From the NCBI RefSeq assembly GCF_000008665.1, contig NC_000917.1, positions 1,830,001-1,862,000 of the forward strand: a stretch of DNA of 32,000 nt, written 5' to 3'. The position numbers and the translations under genes are program-made. The notes beneath the pieces are model-generated. The model saw only the letters and a list, made by a program, of their open reading frames with translations. It did no database searches and was not told the origin of the DNA. Of the stretch, positions 16,223 to 23,711 are shown piece after piece; the stretch's first letter is position 1, and every line of letters begins with the position of its first letter. The DNA is from Archaeoglobus fulgidus DSM 4304 (GTDB taxonomy: Archaea; Halobacteriota; Archaeoglobi; Archaeoglobales; Archaeoglobaceae).

Positions 16223-17503
16223 TTAACCCTTTCCTGAAACTTTGTCCAGGTAGCTTGGAGACTCAGGGTAGAGAATCTCCCTCACCGCATCGAAGAATTC
16301 AGCGTATATGTGCGCATCAAGGGCGAAGTGGTTGTACCTGTACGATTTAAAGCCTGTCAGCTCTGCAACGTATTTGGTTAGAAGGGCAAAGGCGTACATG
16401 TTTGCGTGCATGGCTCCGTAGGCGTCATTGGACCTCATGTAGAAGGTTCCCAGCAATTCGTCTCCGTACTTCGAAAACTGATAGCCTCTAAGGCAAGGTG
16501 GTTCGTCACTCAGCAAATCCCAGGGCCTTGAAATTCCAACGTAGCAGTCTCTCCTGCACGAATCCTCTTTCAGCTTCTCAATAACCTTGTACAGCTGGTC
16601 AACCTTAACATCATCTCTATCGCAGTACCTCGCCCTCTCCGCGTAGGTGTACTCCTCACCCTCTTTCAGAATGCTCCGTCTGACCTCACCGTCAAGCTTT
16701 GCGGCGTGCATTATGTAATCATGTGCATACTCAATCCCGTACTTCTCCGTAAAAGGTGCTTTGTCGTGAAGCTTGTTTTCCTCTGGCTTCTCTACTTCCA
16801 GAAAAAGCCTGTGAACGAAAAGGCTTTCCTTCTGCCCTTCGAAGATGTCCCCCCACTCGGTTCTCTTTTTCTTTCCGTTGGTGTATATTGTTTCGAGTGC
16901 CGAATGCCACGCTGAGGAAATGTAGTCCTCCACCAGATGCGTTCCGAGCTCGTGGTAGCCGTAGGTTTCTCTCAACTTACCTGAATAGGATAGAGCCCTT
17001 TCAACGTCCCTCTCGTAGAAGTGTGGTACTGCTATTAGCATCCCGATGCTCCCCTCCTCCATACCGGTTTTCCTGCATATCGTTTCGAGAGCCTCAACGA
17101 GGAAGTCGAAGTTGTGTTCAAAGTAGCTCAAACACTCCATCGACCTCAGGAAGGCCGTAAGATGGAGCTTCTCGTGAAAAATGAACGAAATTTCAGTAAT
17201 AGCTGCGGGATTTCTGCAAAGATGGTCTTTCGGATACCAGAGCGGTATGGAAGCTCTTCTCGTGTGGGGAGATTTTCTGAGCTTCTCAGCAGCACTTTCT
17301 ACGCACCTTGACAACCTTTCGCTGTATTTCTCCCCGCAGACGTCGTAATCGAACTCGAAACCGAAGGAGGTTGGTTCTTCAACCACAACCATCGTCGGCT
17401 TTGACAGTCTGTAATCGCCAAACCTCGACCTGCAAGTTTCCCCACCAATAACCTTGGATACAAGCATTTCCTTTGCTTCCTCAGGAGTCTTCGTCAGAAT
17501 CAT
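16223..17503 (-). CDS. Thymidylate-synthase-fold protein with two TS-like halves
   Basis: C-terminal half: PPCLRGYQF...TFYMRSNDAYGAMHANMYAFALLTKYVAELTG...DAHIY (TS residues PPC, RSxD, N, HxY). N-terminal half: RRASIPLWYPKDH...NPAAI...FLRS-x9-N...TG...PHFY. The ORF track starts at 17665, but that would run into the divergent gene at 17580; ATG 17503 is preferred. Confidence 0.7.
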   Translation of the reverse strand: MILTKTPEEAKEMLVSKVIGGETCRSRFGDYRLSKPTMVVVEEPTSFGFEFDYDVCGEKYSERLSRCVESAAEKLRKSPHTRRASIPLWYPKDHLCRNPAAITEISFIFHEKLHLTAFLRSMECLSYFEHNFDFLVEALETICRKTGMEEGSIGMLIAVPHFYERDVERALSYSGKLRETYGYHELGTHLVEDYISSAWHSALETIYTNGKKKRTEWGDIFEGQKESLFVHRLFLEVEKPEENKLHDKAPFTEKYGIEYAHDYIMHAAKLDGEVRRSILKEGEEYTYAERARYCDRDDVKVDQLYKVIEKLKEDSCRRDCYVGISRPWDLLSDEPPCLRGYQFSKYGDELLGTFYMRSNDAYGAMHANMYAFALLTKYVAELTGFKSYRYNHFALDAHIYAEFFDAVREILYPESPSYLDKVSGKG

Positions 17504-17550
17504 CAACACCCATTTCCGGAGTAAGTTAAAAAGCTTGCCGTGAAAGAAAG

Positions 17551-17578
17551 TTTTATCTGCCATACTGAAACGTTTCAG
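17551..17578 (+). promoter_or_regulatory. TATA-like box plus operator-like palindrome upstream of the 17580 gene
   Basis: TTTTATC at 17551-17557 and the perfect 14-bp palindrome CTGAAACGTTTCAG at 17565-17578; ATG at 17580 with no Shine-Dalgarno sequence (probably leaderless). Confidence 0.5.
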
Positions 17579-17579
17579 C

Positions 17580-18503
17580 ATGGCCAAACAGATGGAAAAA
17601 AAATCAGCAAGACTGCTCGCCTTCCTTCTCGCTCTGATTATGATCGGATCAGTGTTTGCGTACATGCTAAGTGGCGGGAGTGCGGAGCACAGAGAGGTCG
17701 TTTACAGACTGGACGATTTTAGGGAGTACGTAAACTGGACTCCGGCTGATCCTGTTTACGTTCAGTACTACAACCTCTCCTACACATCCAAGCTAGGAAG
17801 CAAGGACCCGCTTGCCAGTATGGTAACCACTGACCTGCAAAAGCTGTTGATTCCGGCCATATTCAGCAGACAGGTTCTTGAAGTCACCAGAGGGATTTCA
17901 CAGGTGATGATAGTCGATTTTGGAGAAACTGTGCCCCTTTACTTTGTCGATGCTGGAATGAGCAAAATCTACTTCGCCAAGGAGGACGAAATAAAGCACG
18001 GAAACTTCACTCTACAGGTCAGAAGACCTGGAATTGCCCTCGTAAGCGAGCTTTCTCCTCTGGTAGTGGGTTACAAGCCACTCGTTGAGAAGGCCGTCGA
18101 TACGGTGGAGGGGAACTATCCGAGCTTCGGAAACAAGACCTACAGCTACCTGTCCCGCATAAACGGGAGCTTCGCCTACGCCTTCTTTGCGTACGGGGAT
18201 GTTGTTAAGCAGTGGATAAGAGTGGGCAACGAAAGTCCGGCGGACTTCTTCTTCGAAGGTTACAGGTACAACTTCAACAACAGCAGCTACGAGAAAGTTT
18301 GGGCAATGCACTTTGAAGGAAACTACTTCTTCGGAGGAATGAACGAGTCTGAGAAGAACTTTGAGTACTACAAGGTGCAGAATTTCGGCGACGGGTTGAG
18401 CGTTGCGGTAATGGAGGACAAGAACTTCACGAAGGTTGTAAATGCCAGACCAAACATTCTGACCTGGCAGATATCCTTCAACAACACGCAAAATGAGAGT
18501 TGA
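17580..18503 (+). CDS. Secreted or membrane-anchored protein of unknown function, rich in N-glycosylation sequons
   Basis: N-terminal basic segment plus hydrophobic helix (KKSARLLAFLLALIMIGSVFAYML), then an extracytoplasmic-looking domain with about 10 N-x-S/T sequons (NLS, NFT, NKT, NGS, NES, NNSS, NES, NFT, NNTQNES). Confidence 0.75.
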   Translation: MAKQMEKKSARLLAFLLALIMIGSVFAYMLSGGSAEHREVVYRLDDFREYVNWTPADPVYVQYYNLSYTSKLGSKDPLASMVTTDLQKLLIPAIFSRQVLEVTRGISQVMIVDFGETVPLYFVDAGMSKIYFAKEDEIKHGNFTLQVRRPGIALVSELSPLVVGYKPLVEKAVDTVEGNYPSFGNKTYSYLSRINGSFAYAFFAYGDVVKQWIRVGNESPADFFFEGYRYNFNNSSYEKVWAMHFEGNYFFGGMNESEKNFEYYKVQNFGDGLSVAVMEDKNFTKVVNARPNILTWQISFNNTQNES

Positions 18504-19629
18504 AAAGGGCAAAACCGCAATAGCGAAGGGGAGAGTAAGGATAAAGGGGGAGGCGGAGGTCTGCGGAGCCTCCATTTCCGAATTTTTCACAGAAAAGTTC
18601 GTTCCAATTTACTGCCTCGACGACTGCGAAATTTTGGTTGAAGGAGAGTGCAGAATAGTTGACGGCTGCACCATACCGGAATCATGGAAAAAGCTGGCTA
18701 AAAGGGATTGGGAGGTTCTTTTCCTCTACGGCGGAGTTGATGTCGGAAAGAGCACTCTTGCAACGTACCTGGCCAACAAGTTGGGAGGTTGCTACATCCT
18801 CGACCTGGACATCGGGCAGTCCGAGCTTCTCCATCCCGGAGCGATGGGGTACGGCTTTGCCAGAAACTGCGTGAACCTTTCGCAGGCGGAGTACATCAAC
18901 GGCTACTTCGTCGGAGTGATTTCACCGATGGGAAAGGAGGTAAAGTGCATACGAGGTGTTGCAAGGCTATGGGGAGAGTTGAAGAAGCTTGAGGGCAGGA
19001 AGATAGTAAACACAACAGGCTGGGTGAGGGGGGCAAGAGCTCTGGACTACAAGCTCGCCAAGCTTGAGGTAATCAATCCGGATATCGTTGCCTCCTTTGA
19101 AGATGCAAATTTAGAGGACTGGAACGTATTCAGAGTCGAGAGCGGGGAAGTTGTGGAGAGAAGCAGGGAGGAGAGAGCAAAAATCAGGATGGAGAAGTAC
19201 CGAAGGGAGCTTGAGGGCTCAAAGCTTGTGGTGGTTGACAAATCAAGGGTTTCGGGAAGGTTCTTCAACGGAAAAAACATAGTCAAGGACTTCATTGAGG
19301 ACGTGCTCGAAGTTAGGGTTAAGGAGGTAAGGAAGGGTGAGGACTTCCTGCTCATACTAACTGAGGAGAAAATTGAGGTTGACAGCAGCATAATTAAATC
19401 GCTCAAGATGCTGTACGAGGTTGAGGACGTTTACGTTGTGGCGATGGAGGAGCTTGAAGGCCTCGTCGTTGGGGTTTACAGAGGAAGCAAGTATCTGGGA
19501 CTGGGAGTCGTGAGGGAGTTCAGAGGAGAGGAGTTCGTAATTGAAACCAGGCACACCGACTTCGACAGAATTGTTTTAGGCGAGTTCGGAATCGCTCAAG
19601 GGAAGGAATATATGCTGAGACTTCCGTGA
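18493..19629 (+). CDS. Clp1/Nol9(Grc3)-family polynucleotide 5'-hydroxyl kinase
   Basis: Walker A FLYGGVDVGKSTLATYLANKLG, followed by YILDLDIGQSELLHPGAMGYG and the Clp1-type C-terminal domain. Confidence 0.88.
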   Translation: MRVEKGKTAIAKGRVRIKGEAEVCGASISEFFTEKFVPIYCLDDCEILVEGECRIVDGCTIPESWKKLAKRDWEVLFLYGGVDVGKSTLATYLANKLGGCYILDLDIGQSELLHPGAMGYGFARNCVNLSQAEYINGYFVGVISPMGKEVKCIRGVARLWGELKKLEGRKIVNTTGWVRGARALDYKLAKLEVINPDIVASFEDANLEDWNVFRVESGEVVERSREERAKIRMEKYRRELEGSKLVVVDKSRVSGRFFNGKNIVKDFIEDVLEVRVKEVRKGEDFLLILTEEKIEVDSSIIKSLKMLYEVEDVYVVAMEELEGLVVGVYRGSKYLGLGVVREFRGEEFVIETRHTDFDRIVLGEFGIAQGKEYMLRLP

Positions 19630-19636
19630 CTCGGTT

Positions 19637-20017
19637 ATGGAGCTAACTCTGAAAACAGCTAAGAGGGTTGAGATTATCGACATAACTGACCAGGTTGAGA
19701 GGTGCGTTGAAAGTAGAGACGGATTGGTTTTGGTCTACACACCCCACACAACCACAGCCCTCGTAATAAACGAGGGGGAGAGGGGGCTTCTTGAAGACAT
19801 TCTCGAGTTCATGGAGAAACTCGTGCCCTACGGGAAGGGATACAAGCACGATAGGTTAGACAGCAACGCTGATGCCCACCTCAAAGCCACGCTTCTCGGC
19901 AACTCCGTTGTGGTTCCTGTGGAGAGCGGAAAGCTTGCACTCGGAACGTGGCAGAGAATTTTATTTCTCGAATTCGACGGTCCAAGAACGAGAAGAGTGA
20001 TTGTGAAGGCGCTATGA
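19637..20017 (+). CDS. YjbQ/UPF0047 family protein
   Basis: LVLVYTPHTTTALVINEGE, DSNADAHLKATLLGNSVVVPVESGKLALGTWQRILFLEFDGPRTRRV. Confidence 0.93.
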   Translation: MELTLKTAKRVEIIDITDQVERCVESRDGLVLVYTPHTTTALVINEGERGLLEDILEFMEKLVPYGKGYKHDRLDSNADAHLKATLLGNSVVVPVESGKLALGTWQRILFLEFDGPRTRRVIVKAL

Positions 20018-20589
20018 AGGACAGGCAGGATTACTACTACTGGAAGGCGAAGAAGGAAGGTTACAGGAGCAGGGCAGCATACAAGCTATTGCAGATGAAC
20101 AGGACGTTCAAGCTCATCAGGGAGGGGGATTTGGTTCTTGACCTCGGAGCTACGCCGGGCGGCTGGAGTCAGGTTGCCGCTCTTTTGGGAGCGAGAGTCG
20201 TTGCGGTTGACATCAACCCCATGAAACCTCTCGAAAACGTAACTTTCATTCGAGGGGACATAACTCTCCCGGAGACTCTTGAGAAAATCAGGGAAATTTC
20301 TCCAGACTACGATGTCGTGATGAGCGACGCCTCACCGAAAATCAGCGGAAAGTGGACTATCGACCACCTGAGGTCTATCGACCTGGCAAGGGCGAGCTTC
20401 AGCATCGCAAAGGAGGTTCTCAAGCCCGGAGGTAATTTCGTCGTCAAGGTTTTTCAGGGTGAGGAGATTCAGAAATTTTTCAATGAGCTCAAGCCCCATT
20501 TTAGATTTAAAAAGTTCCACAGCCCTCAGGCATCAAGGAAAAGGAGCGCCGAAGTCTACTTCATCGGGAAAAGATTCAGGAAAATTTGA
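20014..20589 (+). CDS. rlmE: rRNA/tRNA 2'-O-methyltransferase, FtsJ/RlmE family
   Basis: YYYWKAKKEGYRSRAAYKLLQMN (K), LVLDLGATPGGWSQVA, VVMSDASPKISG (D), GGNFVVKVFQGEE (K), SRKRSAEVYFIGK (E). Start at ATG 20014 (overlaps the yjbQ stop) rather than ORF-track 19948. Confidence 0.94.
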   Translation: MKDRQDYYYWKAKKEGYRSRAAYKLLQMNRTFKLIREGDLVLDLGATPGGWSQVAALLGARVVAVDINPMKPLENVTFIRGDITLPETLEKIREISPDYDVVMSDASPKISGKWTIDHLRSIDLARASFSIAKEVLKPGGNFVVKVFQGEEIQKFFNELKPHFRFKKFHSPQASRKRSAEVYFIGKRFRKI

Positions 20590-21421
20590 GGAGCAGCTTC
20601 CACTCCTCCTCTATCCTCCTCTCTATCTCCTCTATGTCCTCTCTGCTCAGATGCTGAAACCTACCCTGACTGAGGTACTCCTCCAGCGGTATCCTTTCCG
20701 ACCCATCTGCGTACTTCCTGCTCGGTGGGGAGAGAGTAAGCTTACCGTCGTACTCCCAGAGAATCCAGGCTCCACTCATCACGGCTTTTCTCGCAACCTC
20801 AACCGTCTTCTCGCTGGGAAATCTCCAGCCCGGAGGGCAAGGAGCGTGGACGTGCAAAAACCTGAAACCATCCTTTTTACCCGCAATCCTGAACTTCCTC
20901 CTCAAATCGTGAATGTAGCCGACCGAGGCTGTAGCAACATAGTCGACCTTGTGAGCCAGCATCACCAGTGCGAGGTTCCTCCTGTCCTCAGTTTTCCCTT
21001 TAGGGGAAGTTGTTGTTTTCGCCTTCCAGAAGGTGCTGAGGCTCGACTGAGTCCCGGTGTTCATGTACGCCTCATTGTCAACAACAACAGTGAGAATATC
21101 ATCCTTCCGCGTTGCCGAAGCGCTTAGAGCAGCAAAGCCGATGTCTGCAGCACCATCCCCCATCCAGGCAACAACAGTAGCACCAACTCCGAGTTTCTTG
21201 TAAGCCTCGCTGAGCCCGCATGCAACGGAGTGGGTGGATGCGAAGGGAACGTGCACTACGGGGCATTTCATAGCGGACTTTGGATGCAGGCCGGCAATCA
21301 CCGTCGAGCAGCCGGCTGGAATTACGAGAACTGGATTCTCTATCTCGTCTAAGCAGCGCATCGCCATCGATATGGGGCATCCCTGGCAGCTTGCGTTTCC
21401 CGGCAGAATCATATCAACCAC
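20576..21421 (-). CDS. 2-oxoacid:ferredoxin oxidoreductase, beta subunit (TPP-binding)
   Basis: CQGCPISMAMR, GCSTVIAG, VVAWMGDGAADIGFAALSASATRKDDILTVVVDNEAYMNTGTQSSLST, HAPCPPGWRF; GTG start. Confidence 0.93.
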   Translation of the reverse strand: MVDMILPGNASCQGCPISMAMRCLDEIENPVLVIPAGCSTVIAGLHPKSAMKCPVVHVPFASTHSVACGLSEAYKKLGVGATVVAWMGDGAADIGFAALSASATRKDDILTVVVDNEAYMNTGTQSSLSTFWKAKTTTSPKGKTEDRRNLALVMLAHKVDYVATASVGYIHDLRRKFRIAGKKDGFRFLHVHAPCPPGWRFPSEKTVEVARKAVMSGAWILWEYDGKLTLSPPSRKYADGSERIPLEEYLSQGRFQHLSREDIEEIERRIEEEWKLLLKFS

Positions 21422-22473
21422 TCCACATCCGAGAGTTTACCATCAGCAAATCTTTTCAGGCAGGAGTAAAGCTCCTCAACTGTCGGATACCTACCCCCGA
21501 TTCCCGCAACAACGTTTACGTTCTCAACACCGCAAGCAGCAACCTCTACCGAGAGAGTTCCTCTGAGGTCTGTATTTGCCCTGTCAACGACGAGAACTTG
21601 AGATGGGAGGCTTTTAACGGCTTTCTTGGGGAACGGTCTGATGAATTTCAGCCTCAAAACACCCATCTTCACCCCCTCTTCCCTAAGCATGTCAACAGCA
21701 TCCTTCACGTCACCGCTCAACCCACCCGTCACAACCACAGCGTAATCGGCATCCTCCAGCCTGTATCTCTCAACCAAACCTCCATATTCTTTTTCTATCA
21801 GCTCCGCAGAATTCTCCAGATCCTTTGCAAGGTCGTAACGTGCCGTCATTCTTGCCTCACCAAACGTAACGGCATTCAACGCCACATCCATACCCGGCAG
21901 TATTCTGTAGGCCTGCTTTCTCGGCGGGATTTCAACCTCCCTCACCTCAACAACCTCGGCGGTGTGACTCATCGTAAACCCGTCTATGGCAACGGCAACT
22001 GGGATGTTCACCTCCTCGCTCAGCATGAAGGCGTTCAAGGTCATGTCAAACGCTTCCTGGGCGTTCTCCGCAACGCTGATAATCCACCCCAAGTCTCGCA
22101 TGGCCATCAAGTCCAGGTGGTCTCCGTGAATGTTCCAGGGGGCACCGATGGACCTCGCTGCCAGAGCCATCACTATTGGCAATCTTGAGCCAGCCGCCCA
22201 CCAGCACATCTCGTACATGTAGGCGAGGCCGTGGCTTGAGGTTGCTGTGAAAACCCTCGCTCCAGCTGTTGCAGCTCCGATGACCACACCCATCGCTGAG
22301 TGCTCGGACTCAACCCTAACAAATCTGGAGTCGAGTTCACCGCTATCAACCATCTCCGAAAGCTTCTCTACGATTGGTGACTGAGGGGTTATTGGGTAAG
22401 CAGCAATAACGTCAGGTTTTGCCAGCTTTACTGCCTCAGCTATTGCCTCATTGCTGGTCAGAAGCTTTTTCAT
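21409..22473 (-). CDS. 2-oxoacid:ferredoxin oxidoreductase, alpha subunit
   Basis: TSNEAIAEAVKLAKPDVIAAYPITPQSPIVEKLSE, SEHSAMGVVIGAATAGARVFTATSSHGLAYMYEMCWWAAGSRLPIVM. Start MKKLLTSNEA at 22473, next to the delta-subunit stop. Confidence 0.93.
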   Translation of the reverse strand: MKKLLTSNEAIAEAVKLAKPDVIAAYPITPQSPIVEKLSEMVDSGELDSRFVRVESEHSAMGVVIGAATAGARVFTATSSHGLAYMYEMCWWAAGSRLPIVMALAARSIGAPWNIHGDHLDLMAMRDLGWIISVAENAQEAFDMTLNAFMLSEEVNIPVAVAIDGFTMSHTAEVVEVREVEIPPRKQAYRILPGMDVALNAVTFGEARMTARYDLAKDLENSAELIEKEYGGLVERYRLEDADYAVVVTGGLSGDVKDAVDMLREEGVKMGVLRLKFIRPFPKKAVKSLPSQVLVVDRANTDLRGTLSVEVAACGVENVNVVAGIGGRYPTVEELYSCLKRFADGKLSDVEWLI

Positions 22474-22718
22474 TCCTCCGGCACCATTACAATCGCCTTC
22501 TGCCTGCATACCTCCCCGCAAACTCCACACCCCTTGCAGAACCTGTAGTCGATTCTGGCAAAAACATCCACCTGAATTACCCCTTCAGGGCAGTAGTAGA
22601 AGCATTCCTTACAGCCTGAGCACTTTTTCTCGTCAACAACTGGCCTAAGGATTCTCCAGCTCCCCGTTTCGCCGGCAGATCCAGCTGTTGACTTGGATAT
22701 CAGCGAGTCTAAACGCAT
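22470..22718 (-). CDS. 2-oxoacid:ferredoxin oxidoreductase, delta (2x[4Fe-4S] ferredoxin) subunit
   Basis: DEKKCSGCKECFYYCPEGVIQ and DYRFCKGCGVCGEVCRQKAI cluster-binding motifs; overlaps both neighbours. Confidence 0.93.
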   Translation of the reverse strand: MRLDSLISKSTAGSAGETGSWRILRPVVDEKKCSGCKECFYYCPEGVIQVDVFARIDYRFCKGCGVCGEVCRQKAIVMVPEE

Positions 22719-23227
22719 TCGACCACCCTGTAGGCCTCCTCTGCGGCCTTCACACTTCTATCAGCCTTATCACCCAGCTCGAGCCTTATTGCCTCCAGAA
22801 GGCACCTGGGGTCGAGGTCCAGGGCTTTCGCTGCAGTACCCGCCATGGCCGGGCCTAGGATCGGCCAGCCAGCATTTACAAGCCCGTACCTTCGGGTTAT
22901 CTCAGTTGCATCGAGCGCGAAAACGTTTCCGTGACCTGTGAACGAGGAGCCGTTGCAGTTAACCACAACGGTTTCAGGATTACCATTAAAGCTCAATTTT
23001 AAGTCAAAAAGAATAACAACGTCAGGGTAAGTAATCGGGCATTTTCTCCTTATTCTTTCGTCAGAAATTCTTAAAAAAGCCCTTACCTCCGCTCCCCTTC
23101 TTTCAGGGCCAAACTGCGGCATTGATTGGCTGTAGTAACCCTGTAACATTGCAGTCGCTGCGAGAATCCTTGCCGCAGTAACGCCCCCCTGGCCTCCTCT
23201 GCAGTATATTGATATTTCCAAAAGCAT
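22709..23227 (-). CDS. 2-oxoacid:ferredoxin oxidoreductase, gamma subunit
   Basis: ISIYCRGGQGGVTAARILAATAMLQGYYSQSMPQFGPERRGAEVRAFLRISD. Confidence 0.93.
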   Translation of the reverse strand: MLLEISIYCRGGQGGVTAARILAATAMLQGYYSQSMPQFGPERRGAEVRAFLRISDERIRRKCPITYPDVVILFDLKLSFNGNPETVVVNCNGSSFTGHGNVFALDATEITRRYGLVNAGWPILGPAMAGTAAKALDLDPRCLLEAIRLELGDKADRSVKAAEEAYRVVECV

Positions 23228-23259
23228 AGCGGATACAGAACGGTAGCAGATATAAAAAT

Positions 23260-23601
23260 TTACGGTTCTGCCTTTTCCCTCTTTGGAAGAGCTTTGTTTA
23301 TCTCCTCAATCAGTTCCTCGTCGCTCTTTCCCTCCGGGTCTATTCCGAGGTCCCTCGCTATTTTCTCAAGCTTCGCCCTTTTCTCGTCTTTGGTGTATTT
23401 ACCTTCCCTCAGCTCCCTTTCAAACTGCCTGAGCTCCATTTCCGCTTCTTTCTGAGCTTTCTTGAACTCTCCCATGCTCCTTCCAAGACTTCTGGCTACT
23501 TCTGGCAGCTTGCTGGCTCCAAACAGCACAAATATTATCAGCAGTATCAGCAACCATTCCTGCCCGCCCGGAAACAGTTGCATGTACACCAAGTTCATCA
23601 T
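23260..23601 (-). CDS. tatA: Twin-arginine translocase TatA/E component
   Basis: Short N-terminal helix and amphipathic region: GGQEWLLILLIIFVLFGASKLPEVARSLGRSMGEFKKAQKE. Start could be an internal Met. Confidence 0.9.
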   Translation of the reverse strand: MMNLVYMQLFPGGQEWLLILLIIFVLFGASKLPEVARSLGRSMGEFKKAQKEAEMELRQFERELREGKYTKDEKRAKLEKIARDLGIDPEGKSDEELIEEINKALPKREKAEP

Positions 23602-23711
23602 TCTGCCTTAACACGCAGAAAATATAAGGTTTTGGTGTGAGACTGCTGAGGCAGCATCGCAATATAATGGTGAAAAGGCAAATATTAAATTTTCCTGTTG
23701 GGAGAGGCTTC

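Noticed and set aside
16756-17160. 134-aa plus-strand ORF opposite the TS-like gene
   Set aside because: Low-complexity Arg/Pro/Ser composition and antisense to a conserved gene.
17504-17665. N-terminal extension of the TS-like ORF to 17665
   Set aside because: It would overlap the start of the divergent gene at 17580 and remove both promoters, and it begins before any TS-like sequence; start at 17503 is more plausible.
21280-22188. 302-aa plus-strand ORF opposite the oxidoreductase alpha and beta subunits
   Set aside because: It is antisense to strongly conserved coding sequence, shows no recognisable motif, and fits a shadow ORF in GC-biased DNA.
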